Shown here piece after piece: positions 41,522 to 54,331 of a stretch of 60,607 bases of DNA. Position 1 is the first letter of the stretch, and each line of letters begins with the position of its first letter. Source of the DNA: Phoronis australis (taxonomy: Eukaryota; Animalia; Phoronida); contig NMRA01000852.1 in NCBI GenBank assembly GCA_002633005.1, forward strand, positions 60,359 through 120,965. The letters are read 5' to 3'. The notes below the pieces were generated by a model. The model was given only the letters and a program-made list of their open reading frames with translations. It had not been told where the DNA came from and ran no database searches. The position numbers were made by a program, and so were the translations under genes.

Positions 41522-42409
41522 TGCAAGCAAACTGACACGGGCCTCGCAATTAATGAATCATCTAGAGTTGCTTTCTAATTAGATAGCGCTACCGTTCGGA
41601 TAGTCTTTTGATTGTGACGCCATAGCTGTCATTGACTAATTAGCACCAAGAAACCATGTTATTTAAGCTGTTTTAAATACATAATCTAATTAAGCTGATG
41701 CCAATACTCCCCTTTACACACCTATTGTTAATCAGTCAGTTTGTTGTCTCCCATCCAGACTGTTAGGTCACAAATGAAGTAGTGTGTTAAAATGCCCTAG
41801 GGTTATTTTTTGATTATATCGCACTCAGTTGCAGTAAGAGACGACGTCGTCAAAAAGCCAGTGGCGTATTCGATCGTAGGCACGTGCGTTGTAATGCTTC
41901 ATTGTTGTTGAGATGTGACAATGCACGTCGTCTGCAACCGTAGCTTGCACAGGCAGAATTTTCCCAAAATTAATCGTTGATGACGAGTACTGAATGTAAC
42001 AACGGTTTACGTGTTGTTCAATGTTTGTGGTTAGGGTTCTTTCAGCCTGCTAAGAGTTTCTTCAGCGCAAGGTATTGCAAGGATAGATCAACAATTTCTT
42101 TGTCAAGTGACGTCGCATGGAGGTTGCAAGCTATTGTTCAACTTGTGAGAAACATTCGACGGGAGTAAGCGCGCCGCATGGTTATCGCTTATGGGACAGT
42201 AGCATGGATTTCATTTGTTGCGTCTTTGGGTGGGTATACGTAACAATAGAAGATATCGTACCTTGAAATGATGGTCTCAGTTGACCTATCGCAAGCTCCG
42301 CCCCCTTGCGTAATGTCGACTAGTAAACAATAAGTTTTAACCCGCAACGTGTTGTTTGTCGGGTAAAATGGCGGCTTGGAAACGAAGATGTGTCAATAAT
42401 GCTGCGTTC

Positions 42410-44620
42410 TAAATGGTCAGTTAAGCCGTCACTCAAAATTCTGGCGATAGCTCAATTATTTAGGAGAAAACAATACTCCATTTATTGCATACAGAGCCCA
42501 CACTAAGAGAAGAGGAACCAGTGTTAGATCAATGTGGGGATAAGAATGTTTTTGAACCCAAATACCTCAAACTCCCGTGGAGTGGCGAACCTCTTTCAGA
42601 ATACTTTTGAGTATAAACTGCATAATATTAGGCAAGACTACAATTGTAATATATTAATTTTGGATATAACTATTAATGAGACACGAATAACGTCAATTAT
42701 TACTTATTGCCAAATAGAGATTTGCCATCTTTTTTTGAAAAAGAAGAAGAAAAAAGAAAACAAGATATTCATGATTTCATGATATAGGAAATGGCTCTGT
42801 TATTTGTGCACGGCGATTTTAATGTTGCTCTCGATCAATCTAAGGACACGCTCAATTATCGACAGGTTAATACCCAGAAGTAACGAATTAATTTGATAGA
42901 ATTGTCTATTGCAGATGTTTGGCGGGAACTAAACCCCAATAGTAAAATATAAATTTGGGGAGCTGGAAATAAACGATCCAAACTAGATTATTTCCTAATT
43001 TCTGAAGATCTTTAGCCAATATTGACGATTCCATTATAGAATTCTGTTACCGCTCCGATCATTCAATGGTAAGGATTTTTAAAGTGCTGTTTCCAGGAGA
43101 AGGAAATAATTTCGGTAGTTGAATGATCCTCTCTTAAAAAAACTCTGAGTATACTGCTGCGGTTCAGGTTGCCATTAAATTAGTTAAACAGCACTTTATG
43201 ACTGACGTTATTTAGACAGTCGACAGTGCAAGTAAGACAGATTTACGATTGCCCATAAATAATCGACTTTTTCTTCAAATGTGTTGATGGAGATTCACGG
43301 CAAAACAATTTCCGTTGCTACTTACTTAAAATAGTGATAGAGCTGAACACCAACTTATCGAAGGAAAAAGCTTGTTGGAAAAAAGTCTCAGCCTTGATAG
43401 GAAATACTTGAACAAAAAATATTCAACTTTCCGAGTTAAGGCATAATAAATTAAGAGGTCTTATGGCTAGAGTGTGAAAAACCAAATCTTTCCTTTAATT
43501 GGAAAATAGGCATGTCATAAGTAAATTTATGCCTTTTTGTGGAAAGCTGACAATTTTAAAACCAATAGTGAAAAAGAGGTTATTCAGGAAACCATAACTT
43601 TTCATGAAAATTTATACAAATATAGACAGTCTAACAGTACTCATTTAAAAACTCTTCCTGATGAGGTGTGTGTCTCCAAATACAATGAGAGAGAAAACAA
43701 AAAAATAGATTGTCACCCTACCTGTACATATGAAGAAGTCACACAATGCTTGAAAAAATGAAAAACAATAAGAGCCCAGGCCCCGATGGTTTTCAGTGAA
43801 ATGTTGGACATTTCTTTGGGCTGACATTGGACATTTTTTTGGTCGCTCAATTAATACTGGTTTTGCTGTTGGTAATTATCATCAACACAGAAAGAGAGAT
43901 TACCTGTATCCTGAGGGAGCAGGTAAAGGTAAACAGTATTTGAAAAACTGGAGACCCGTATCCTTACTCAATGTGACATATAAATTGACTTCTTCGGCTG
44001 TGGCGGAACAGTCAAACTCCGCTTTTGGAAAACTATTCAGTAATGACCAGACCGGTTTTGTTTCTGGAAGAAATATGAAAGAAAATATCCGCGTGCTATA
44101 TGACTTAATTTTTATGCCCCATTAGCTAACAAACCAGGGTCATTGCTCTTACTGATCGATTTTGAGAACCTATTTCATTCATTGTCGTGGAATTTTATTA
44201 AAAAAACTATCTTTCCTTAATATTGGTTGGTTTATCAGAAGGTGAGTAAAAGTCTTTGCAGTAACAATAAGTCCTTTGTTGTCGTGAATGGTCACCAATC
44301 TTCCTGGTTCAATATATTGCGTGGCTGCAGACAATATTTTTCCTCGGAGATTTTGGCGTATTTGATTAAGAATAATAAAAATATTACACGTGCAATTGCA
44401 GCAAATAAAGAATATTTGATTTCACAATATGCGAACGACACCCGAATTACTTTTGATGGGTCGAATTTGTAAATGACAAACCCATGCAATGTACATGCAT
44501 AACATTTGTTTGCTAGTGCTTCCGGTCTCCAAGTGAATGTGGATAAAATAAAAGCCATATTGTTTTGAAGTAAAACTGTTAGTGATGACGTGATTTATAC
44601 AAAAGAAAGCCTACCTTGAC
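42410..44620 (+). mobile_element. Decayed L1/Tx1-clade non-LTR retrotransposon ORF2 (APE + RT)
   Basis: Frameshifted motifs NSRGVA, GDFNVAL, DVWRELNP, LDYFLIS, YRSDHS, KSPGPDG, LKNWRPVSLLNVTYK, DQTGFVSGR, LLIDFE, RGCRQ, SQYANDT, SGLQVN. Confidence 0.85.
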
Positions 44621-44917
44621 GTTTGAACAGATATCAAACGACTTCCTCTTCCACTCCTTGCAACAAAATAATGCTCCGTAACCCTCTACAATTTTTAATG
44701 AATGTCTTATACACAGCGGTCACCTTAAGTCGTGAATATAAGCATAATAAGCAGCTGATTGTCATACCACCCAATATCCGTTAGCATCTGTTCATGTGAT
44801 GTCATGGACATATATTAGCCATCACAAATATACATGTTTTGACAATCTTAATCCTTGTTTGTCTCGGTAAGCAGAATTTTGAAACGGTCGCTGATATCGC
44901 CGGCCATTTTGAATGAG

Positions 44918-45511
44918 GCCCTAAAGTCGTGACCGTTTCGTTTAGACGGAAATGCACGAAGTAAGACCACACAAGTCAACTACAGTGCTTACAGTTACTC
45001 TGGACGACATAAAAATATATTATATTGTTTATTAATCCAGTTTCAATTGAAATAAATTGTTATATGTTTTGCACCCAACTTAGATGTGCACAGACGTTTT
45101 CAATGAGGTTGTTCAGGTAAAACTCTAAGAACCCAGCATCAATTATATCTCTGTATTTTATTGCTTTGGCCTTACAAAACTTGATCGACCCTGGGACATT
45201 TTGATACATTGTTCAAGCTACCCCTGGAGCGCGTGTTTGAGTAAATCTGAACGATGAATATCTTCGAAAATATACCCCATAGATGCACAAAAAAGTGGAT
45301 TAGTGAAATATGCTGTTTTTAAGATACATTTGAAAAAAGAAACCACTCACTCACTGTTTGTTATCATACTGTGAATACCAACACGCCCGGGTATTCGTTT
45401 GACGTTCGTAAACAGACAAACGCTGGAAACTTCAACGCCAGATGTCGGGGGACCTCGTAGAAGAAGAAATAAGATCGTTCACGACTTTAGGGCACTCACG
45501 ACTTTAGGACC
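44918..45511. mobile_element. MITE-like element
   Basis: GGCCCTAAAGTCGTGA at the left end; two tandem TCACGACTTTAGG at the right end. The interior resembles 37450-37700 on the opposite strand. Confidence 0.5.
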
Positions 45512-46153
45512 TCTGACGGTAATAGCCGATATTCGAACCCCACATTTTGAAAGCCTCGCCCACTTGTACCACGGTGCATCATGGGATGGACACGAGTAAC
45601 CACGTTGCACTGTCCCGGGAAAATATGTTTAAATCTTAAGCAGTATATCTAAAAATGTGTTAAAGTACAATATAGGGTAAAAAGGGGTATTTACTTTGCA
45701 ACAAGTTAAAGTTTGACGTGCTTTGCGTTTGTATTTCTAAAATGCAGCCAACCTTTGAGCTCGTCCCTGCAGCGGTGCACACGTCAAACGGCTCGTTTAT
45801 GACAGATCCTGTCACGTCTTCTTTTGTCAAATTTTGTTCGTTCATTTTAGGTTTTTAGGCCTACGGAGCTCCTGCACACCAGTGCCGACACTTGCCTTGC
45901 ATTCAATACGAAAGCACTTCGCGTTATTTAACGACACGCTCGCAGAACGCGCTTTTCTTTTTGTCGAGCGTTTCTCAAAGATGGAAAACAGATCGTTCAT
46001 TAACGACGTCCAACAAGCGTTCGCGGAAGGTGCTTCGAAGAGCTTTGCTTATTGAACGCAGGGCAGGTCGCTCTGGTCAATCATAGTGTGTAACACTTCA
46101 ATTGCTTCCTTACATGCGCAATGCTCATCTGCATATGAGAGGGTACACAACAG

Positions 46154-46304
46154 GCATGCGTTCAGTAGACGCTAGGACCTACGCTAGGACCTTGCTAAAA
46201 CGTAGTCAAAGTCACGTGTTCTCATTTAAATTGCACGGCAATATCTCACGTAATCTCGCAAAGTCTTGCTTATTAGCGAGGTCCTAGCGTTACTGAACGG
46301 GAGG
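46154..46304. mobile_element. ~150-bp MITE family, copy A (Harbinger-like, CWG target)
   Basis: GCATGCGTTCAGTAG...TACTGAACGGGAGG flanked by CAG/CTG; the empty site CACAACAG^TTCTCACAGG is visible at ~29880-29897. Related pieces at ~5510, ~16736 and ~24060. Confidence 0.75.
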
Positions 46305-46710
46305 CTGTTCTCACAGGAGTTTGCCTACCAGAACACACGTAAATGGACTATCATCCATTCTTCACTCTATCAAAAACTGTATGCAAAGAAAGAACAGTTT
46401 TGAGTCGTTTCAAATTACAAGCCCTACAGATGAGCGCAGAGCCTTTATTCTTGTATTTTTAACATTTTCACTCCTACTGAAACCAAGCTAGACCAAGAAA
46501 AATAGGGGTGAAAAACGCAAAATTGGCACTTTTCACCCCAAAACCGCCACTTCCCTGCCAATGCTTGACTAAAGCCAAAATTTCCTATCGATTCCAAAAA
46601 TAATGTGGTCCAAAAGTACTGTCAACCAACTTTTTTGGTAAATCTGGCTTTTTTAAGGGCTACATGAAATCGCGGCCAATTTCTCAGTTGCTACCCAGCA
46701 ATGCACAATT

Positions 46711-48433
46711 GACCTATCGCCAGGATTATGACTGACGGCTTAACTGACCAATCAGAACGCAGCATTTTTGACACACCTTTGTCTGCGTTTCGAAGCCGCC
46801 ATTTTACCCGACAAACACCAGGTTGTCGTGTAAAATTGTTTTAGTCTATAGCTCAAGAAATTGGGCCACAAGAATGACGAGACGGTGTCGATATGGCGTG
46901 TGTAATTTTGACAGCCTTTGTGCAGCTCGAGAAGAATATCCCATCATTATTGGGGCTTCTCTAAAGCCGAAAATCTGATGTCGAAAGGCGCAAACGTAGT
47001 GTGGACCAAACTGTGTGAATGGCCACACGAGCAGCTAAACTCGAAAGTGTTGCTCGATTACTCGCAAGTTAAACAAAATAATTACATTTGTTCCAAGATA
47101 CGCACTTTTCATTTTTTTAGGCTATAGGTACATGTAGGCCTATCTGATTGTGATTCCGGAGTTTCACTCGTCTGGCCGTTTATATTTCGACACCTGCTGG
47201 CCGGAACCTCAGCACTCGTCTAGTGGTAGTCCCCAGAAATGGTTGTTTTTATGGACATTTTTCTTATTTTTCATTAATTTGGACCTAATGAACAACGTTT
47301 TGTATCGTACCAGAGGTACATTTTTTGTTGTTCCTATACCCACAGGCTGGCGTTCATCTGAACTTCTCTACAAAATTGAGAGATTCGATCGGCACACGGA
47401 GGAACAATGAATTACTTACTGAACTCAAAGCTTGGTTCGACCTACTAGCACGAAAACATAAACAGATGAATTACTTTTGATGAGAACCTCTAGTATAAAC
47501 TTCGCCTGTGGAATTAAAGAGAGCTCATTTTGAAGCTGTTCAAACATTATATTTAGATTTATGAAGCTTTAAAAAAGACTTTGAGTTATTTTTGTAAATA
47601 ATAAGTTTCTGCGACTACACCAGGCTTGTCATCTTTTGTAGTCATACTACACTTTAGTGATCATGCTATGTTTAAAACCAACTGAAAGCTACCTTTATGC
47701 AATGAAACTACAAAAAATGCGAAGCTCATCAGAAGATTCATGTAGGTCTAACTTAAATGTCTTAACCGTGCAATTACGGCCATTTCCGTTGACTTGGACA
47801 CAGCACTAGACCTACCGGAGCTAATTGCTGGCTTAGGATAAAATGAGTGTGTACCTGACCTATGAACCTGATTTTTTTTAATCAAAGCGTTTCGTTATAA
47901 GATTAGAAAAGTGTAAGTAGTGCCAGCGATTCGACCTACTTTACTCGCGGAGTCTCACCATTTGTGATCTACTCTTCATTTGGCTGAAATTAGCAGACGT
48001 CAGTATAAAGATATCAGTGAATCTTCAATGATTTTGGTCGAAAGATCCTGAAATCTATGGCATTGTACATATAATTCGACTTTAAGGTAAATATCCAGCT
48101 TTAAATGAACATATTACATCAGTGGTCTTGTCATTTGTCAGGTGAAGGTGAACCCCGTGTGGGGTTCTTCGGATTTTTGGTGGCTCCGAAATACTTTCCT
48201 AGAACATTTATTTTTTCATCATCCCCTCTACAAATTCGCATATCATGAACGTACGATTCTCTGCTGAAAAGCATCGCCTGTTGTCTTTGTCGAAGGGTTT
48301 TCGGATAGTGCAAAAAACACTCATCGATTCCACCAGGAACGTCGTTTAACGACGATGTATTTGCCTCTTACATATTGTTTGTTTGTTCGGTGTCACTTGA
48401 CTTTTCGCAAAGGGACGGAGCATGCGATAGGTC
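46711..48433. mobile_element. Degenerate THAP-bearing TIR element (possibly PIF/ISL2EU group)
   Basis: TIR GACCTATCGC / GCGATAGGTC interrupts the Kolobok-like copy. Frameshifted THAP at 46874-47097: MTRRCRYGVCNFDS...WTKLCEWPHEQLN...YICSK. Confidence 0.65.
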
Positions 48434-48794
48434 AGGGCTCCCACCTTGAAGAACAGTGCAGCTACAGCCTATCAAGTGTTCTTTGTTCACTCTCAACATG
48501 TTCACAAATAGAAAAAAAAATATTTACTTGGCTTACATGCAAATCCCAACTAATAATGCCCCCAAGACTGGCCTACCCCTAAATTTTAATATTATATGAG
48601 TGCAAATTGGCCGCAGACGCAGGCTAACTGTTCAGTGCCACCTGAGCTATTGAAGCAAATTTTCAAAATTCATTTCGAAATATGCTAAACGGGCTAGCTT
48701 GAGTTACACGACTGTTGGGAAGTACCACCCACTAAGAACCACAATATACAATCTGTTTCACTGAGAGTACGTATAAGTTTGTAGTTAAAAGTTG

Positions 48795-48945
48795 GCGTGC
48801 GTTCAGTAGACCCTAGGACCTACGTTAGGACCTAGCTAAAGTCTAGTCGAGGTCACGTGTTCTGATTTAAAATACACGACAATATCTCACGTAAGCTCGC
48901 GAAGTCTTGCTTTTTAGCGAAGTCCTAGCCTTACTGAACGGGAGG
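48795..48945. mobile_element. ~150-bp MITE family, copy B
   Basis: Highly similar to 46154-46304 over its full length. Confidence 0.75.
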
Positions 48946-50390
48946 CTAATTTTGTCAATCAAGTGGGTACCAATAATGCCTCAGTATGAGGTAGACCGGA
49001 AGGTTGGTTGAAATCACAAAACACAGTTTAATATCCTTTTAGGAAGGTTTTCCTTTTAGCCCCTATTTAAATTTAGTTTTGTTTTGGTTATTGACCATTG
49101 CTACTTTTACTTCCTTTGTACATAGCGGATTGGAAAATTTGGTAAGGAACGATAAAAATGAGAAATTCCAGCAGGTGCAGAAGAAATACTCTGAACCTTG
49201 CATTAGGTGTAATTCGTATGTCTACAGGTACTTGCGCTAATGGTGAACATTTTGGGGGAATTCGGGCAAATGCGTATTGACATTTCGTAAAAAATCAGTT
49301 TCTCTGATGCATTTGTATATAAAAAGTCAAAAATTAAAATGAAACGTCTTGCTGCTGCTACCTAAGGCGGTAGAGATGGAGAAATTTGGAAAATATCGAC
49401 TATAGTGTGAAAAATTGTCTGTTTCGTGATGTTTCAATACTGATTTACGTGTGGTGTTCGAGATAGATAATTTTATCTTCGTGAGTTGCAAAACTGCAGG
49501 AGTGCCCTTTTGTTCTCGTTTTCTTAACATTCTATGCGAAACAAATCACGATCGCCACGTTTTACATGTATGTTAGCAAATGATGACGTATAAGATTTTG
49601 TTATAATTATGCGCTAAATAATACACTTATGCACGACGAATATCTCGTAGTTCTTTCCATAATAGAAAATCACTTCTCGTTTGGTAAGGAACAAAGGCGA
49701 TATCACGGTAAATCTCCAGTTTGGGTGACGGAAAAAGTGTTTAGACTATACATTGTACAATGTATATCCCACGGTTTCCAACAAAACTACTTTTTTACGC
49801 AAAACAATTATTTTTCTGTCGTAAAATTACGTGTTAAAATAGAATCTAGGACAACACATAGTTAAGTGGGCTGAATCGATTCTGCCATATAATGAATGTT
49901 TTAGCGTAAACCATTGGAGACGGCAAGGTGACGACAGTGAAGGGTCAAAGCATTCATGCACCCTGGAGGCATACTCGTAACACAGGAGTGCATGCTTGGG
50001 TAGCGCGTGCACATTCGCTTGGTGGAATTATATACTCTAGGAAAAGTAAACAACCCGATTTTTACTTTGCACTTAATGTGGTTCACGCAATGAATATTTT
50101 GGGAATGGCAAATTTGCGATCTTTACGCAATCTAGATGATATATGTTAAGAATAATGGCCTAAACAGTTTTTTGGTCCAGTTGCACGTATACATGTATGT
50201 CGTCTCAAATGAAAACTAATTGTATTCTTATAGCTCCTTTTACTTTTTTCTCAACAATCCGACATGTTCATCACGCCTATTATCATACGTCATTGGTCAC
50301 GTGCTTGGTTTTACCTTAACTATGTTTCTGTTGACAAAAGATGTGATTATATCCGAAAATTTCAGTTGATGCACAGTTGTTATGTATATT

Positions 50391-50401
50391 TGTGTGTGTG
50401 T

Positions 50402-50449
<48 letters not shown>
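50391..50449. repeat. (TG)n microsatellite
   Basis: ~29 TG units with one interruption. Confidence 0.95.
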
Positions 50450-50451
<2 letters not shown>

Positions 50452-51946
50452 TCTACGCTCCGACAAACAATAGTATCCTTCAGCAGATCTGCATCACATC
50501 GCTTGATTTCAGACTCATTTTCTACTTAGTTTATCATAAAACTAGTCATACAAGTTTGTGAGTTCGTCTCAAATGAAAACTAATTGTATTCTGATATATG
50601 TCACAAAAAGAACACACACGCCACACATAAAAGTCCGTTACGAAAAATATAGTATAAATAATTTTAGACCTTATACATAACGTACAATTTTAGATTACCA
50701 AAAATGACAAAAACATATACTATAGCCGCCTAAGTAAAGCAATCGTCTTATAGTTTACTGTATCACAAAACTACAGCAGACTTTCCTGATCTAACATGAC
50801 TGCTTTTTCATATTTGTATCAATTACAAACGAGGTGTACGAGAACGATAGATTGCAAAATTAAGGTGCACCTAGATAGAGTCTAACAAACACTTTATATG
50901 GAGTTCTTTTTGATTGTCCGCTTAGGCATAAATTGCATGTTAAATACTTCCATAAGTATCAATCTTCAGTACTGTCTTTAGTTACAGGCTTTTCTTACTA
51001 GAACAATTCTTTGCTCAAGAACGGGGAGATCGACAAACCAAAATCAAGGTCGAGCAGTTTTTGCAATTTTTATGCAAATTACTTAATTAGCAATTTTTCA
51101 CACTAAGCTTACTTCGTGAGCTCCAGAGGTTCTCTCACCTGGTGGGTAAACCGTTGTTAAAATTGCGGTGTTATATGAAAAAATCTATGTTCTAAATTCA
51201 CTCGTCATGATAATAATTCGATCCGAGGGAATGGAAATGATGACTTGAAAAATAGTCAACAGGTCGCGGTAAAAATGTTGGTATCCCTATAACATTTTCC
51301 GAAGCATACTTCTGGAATTGAAAAAGTTTAAGTAGATATTTGCTTATTCGATGGCTTGTATCCGTTGTTACGCTGTTGATATGTTTCTTCGTGTACATTT
51401 CGTGTGATGATTCTTTCGCAGGAGGAAGCATGGTCCCCAACGTATCTCGTGAAACACTTTATTTTAGTTTGCACTTCAGACGTGCTTCTATTTTCACACG
51501 GTACTTCATGAAAGTTATCCGAAAATGAACAACGTGCGGTTACAGCCATTGATCAGCAAATAGAAAAGCTTGTGTTTAAGAAAAAATACACAAAGATGAC
51601 AGAAATCAGACACTATTCAAAATGTTGAAATACGCTTACAAATCAGACAGTAGGTCAGTGTAGTAGAAATCACATTGTTTTGATGTGTTCGCTAGGCTAT
51701 GCTAATACATTCCAGATACAAGGTTATATTAAAACAGACCATTCCCACGTAGACGCCCCCCCCCCCGGCGCTGCCATACACTATTGTTCATACGTCACAT
51801 TCGTAGTTATTATTAAGTCACGAGACCTAAATCCAAATTTGCTTTTACCAGATGGGACAAACTATAGTGTTTGGCCAACATACAAGGGGCCGACGCTACG
51901 TGTATATCACCTATTCTTGTGTACCTGTATTTGTGTTTTGCACTAC

Positions 51947-52261
51947 CTAGTTTTCAGGAGGTCTGCGCAACATCAAAGCTAAACCACACAATAAACAGAC
52001 AATCACGTATATCCACATGAACAGGCGGTCAATCACCATGGCAACATTACGCCAATCTGTATCCAGCTCTCCTTGCTCTTCATCAGCCTTCTGTCGCGAC
52101 ATCAATGTCGTCTCGATGTGTTGCAACTTGTCATTGACATCGTGCAGAACGGGACCGTCAATCATTTGAGTGTTGTTGGACTTTTCCTTGTCTGAAGTTT
52201 CATGGTCTTTCGTCATGCCATAGTTGCTGAAGCTCTTCATTGAAGTTGTGTTAAGATTACT
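51947..52261 (-). CDS. Last coding exon (intracellular loop + M4) of a paralogous nAChR-like subunit; rest of gene presumably beyond the right edge
   Basis: Acceptor ttctcacag|AGT at 52261, same phase and position as exon 10 of the + strand gene. SNLNTTSMKSFSNYGM...DWRNVAMVIDRLF...LMLRRPPEN* aligns end to end with GNLNTTTMKSFSNYGM...DWRNVAMVMDRLF...LMLRRPTDP*. Frame is open. No upstream exon was recognised within the window. Confidence 0.88.
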   Translation of the reverse strand, partial: SNLNTTSMKSFSNYGMTKDHETSDKEKSNNTQMIDGPVLHDVNDKLQHIETTLMSRQKADEEQGELDTDWRNVAMVIDRLFMWIYVIVCLLCGLALMLRRPPEN

Positions 52262-52951
52262 CTGTGAGAATTATAGTTTTTATACGAGCATTTTGGAGCG
52301 ACATTGTTCAGTCTAAGGCAAACCCCAAGTAAAATAGCCCCTTTTTCGCGTGTCCTAAGCGAATTTCATACAACTGCTATAAAGCGCCTCCTGTCATTTT
52401 TCATTGAGACTATGGTCAAAGATTGCTCTTTTTAGAACTTACAAGTGGTTGTATATTTTCAGTTCTTCTTAGGCCAGAAATTATTTCTAACGGTGTTGAC
52501 GAATAAGTAAAGACTCGTTTCAAAACCAAGAGTGGTCAAAATCGAACAGTTTCACTGAACAGTTTTGCAGCAAGTTTATTAACCACACACCTTTATTCAA
52601 GGTAAACAATTTTTGAAAAAGAGCCAAAGGGCCAGTCAGAAGTCTTAGATAGAGATCAAAACCGGTGCATACTAATTCTCGAAGAATGGGTGGGGTTGAA
52701 GAGGAGACGGGGGAAAATAGGCTCCATTTGGGACATTTGTATGCTTGAAAATTTGAAACTTTGAGAAAACAGGTAAGACATAGGAATGTAGTAATCCAGG
52801 AAAGCCCTCCAGGTACAATGCAAGAGGAAAAAGCAAAATGAAGAATGGACAAGAATCAATTACCAAAACATAGAAATTAAACAGGAAGAAGGCTACGACA
52901 AAATCGAGCTCAGTGCTGTAAAGTGTCAGGTACGGAAGACACATATAAACA

Positions 52952-53037
52952 CACCCTTACAAAAATGAACTTCAGTTTTCATCGAAAAACTTAAGTCTGG
53001 TCTGAAAAACTTAAGTTTTCATTCACGAAAACTTAAG
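52952..53037. mobile_element. Putative CACTA/EnSpm-like terminus with subterminal AAAACTTAAG repeats
   Basis: Begins CACCCTTACAAAAA; three AAAACTTAAG copies at ~52986, ~53005 and ~53028 (one inside the palindrome GAAAACTTAAGTTTTC); abuts the truncated YqaJ exon. The partner end is not in the window. Confidence 0.4.
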
Positions 53038-53582
53038 CCATCTGGGTCTGCACTTGATAGAAGTACTTGTGGCGCTTGTTTATTTCCCAACCAGACTCAC
53101 CTATGAGCAGGTAAAAATCACTCCTAGCCTTACACGAATCTTCCAGTGTAGCAGGGACAGTATCTTTATTTACATCAACGTCTGGACTTTTAATTTCCAA
53201 CACCCCTCTTTCACCTGCATGGTGCACAACACCATCCACACTGGCACCAAGCCATGGACGATTCTGGTCAACAACAAGTCCACGCAACTCAACCATAGCA
53301 GTGTCATCATACAGACTACAGTACAGATGCCTTGCTGCATCTTCTGTTTCAATGCCATGTCGGCAAGCTGCACTCTTGGAAGCCTCATCATTGTACCTAA
53401 GATTACGCTTCACTAGGTTATCCGGTGGTGTCGTTTCCTTTCTTTTCACAATGTCACCAACAAGTGACGCTGTAATAACCACGTGACCTGTTTCCCGCCA
53501 GATGTGCGTTTGAAATTGTGCTGAAGATTTCTAAATTAATTTTCTGAATTTAAGTCTTACGTTATCTTATACTTCACCCACG

Positions 53583-54331
53583 ATGAGTGCTGATGAACCA
53601 AGAAAGAGGTATGCAAGCAAAGATAGCGCATCCGTAAACGACAGAGCAAAAAAACTTACTCAAACAACCCTTGACTTCCGTCAGCTTGACCCGCCCCTGT
53701 GCGATTCGGACTCAAATGAGGACATTGCAAAGCTCGAAAAAGCGCTGACTTCGCCCCAAGTTATTAAAGCACTCCGTCAGCAACTATTCCAGCCTGCCCT
53801 GGATGATATAAAGGCCTACTACGAGTCCATCCTTAACCAGAAAGACAAAGAAATACAGCGGCCGAATGAGCAAGTCAACAATTTGTCAGCAAATCTAGAC
53901 AGCCTAGAGCAATACTCGCGTCGCAATAATATAGTTATATATGGAGTCGATGAGCCTGCAAATGAAAAACCTGGAGCTACTGACAACATTGTGATCGACT
54001 CGGGCCCAAACTACGAAAACATGGAGCTAGAGATTCGCGAAAAGATCGCCCCATCATCTGTAAGTTTGTGTCATATAATACCAGAGCTGCTTTCCTTCAC
54101 AATAGAAGTCTACTCCGCAAACTGAAGTTACCATCCCCGATCTACATCAATGAAAATCTCACGAAACAACGGTCCCTTCTCTACGCCCGCTGTCGCCGCC
54201 TTGTACAATCTAAAGCCATCGCTAAAACGTGGACGCATGACGGTAACGTAACAATACAGCTGCATGATAACAGGATAAAGCAGGTTTCCTCAGAAAGTGA
54301 CCTTCTAGTGTTAGAAAACTGTGAAGTTTAA
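53583..54331 (+). pseudogene. LINE ORF1 (coiled-coil + RRM/CTD, Transposase_22-like), frameshifted by an internal deletion
   Basis: LEQYSRRNNIVIYGV, then a frame change at ~53995 into RLGPK...RPIICKFVSYNTR...IYINENLTKQRSLLYARCRRL...KTWTHDGNV, typical invertebrate CR1/L2-group ORF1 motifs. Confidence 0.85.

Larger units (their letters stand above)
46145..48642. mobile_element. Second partial copy of the Kolobok-like element, carrying two nested insertions
   Basis: 46308-46710 and 48434-48642 align with 29888-30529 and end TCAGTGCCACC; insertions at 46154-46304 and 46711-48433. Confidence 0.7.

Noticed and set aside
38717-41530. Toll-like receptor call; start at 41530
   Set aside because: No TIR domain, an Ig domain is present and the tail is short; 41530 is a TTG and the first ATG is at 41521.
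4500-51900. Most 60-120-aa ORFs in the track
   Set aside because: No recognisable motifs; many start at TTG/GTG, lie antisense to real exons or fall inside repeats, as expected by chance.
53033-53482. YqaJ ORF as phage/bacterial contamination or recent horizontal transfer
   Set aside because: The gene has spliceosomal introns and a LINE insertion with TSD; the ORF-track start at 53482 lies inside the LINE 5' end.
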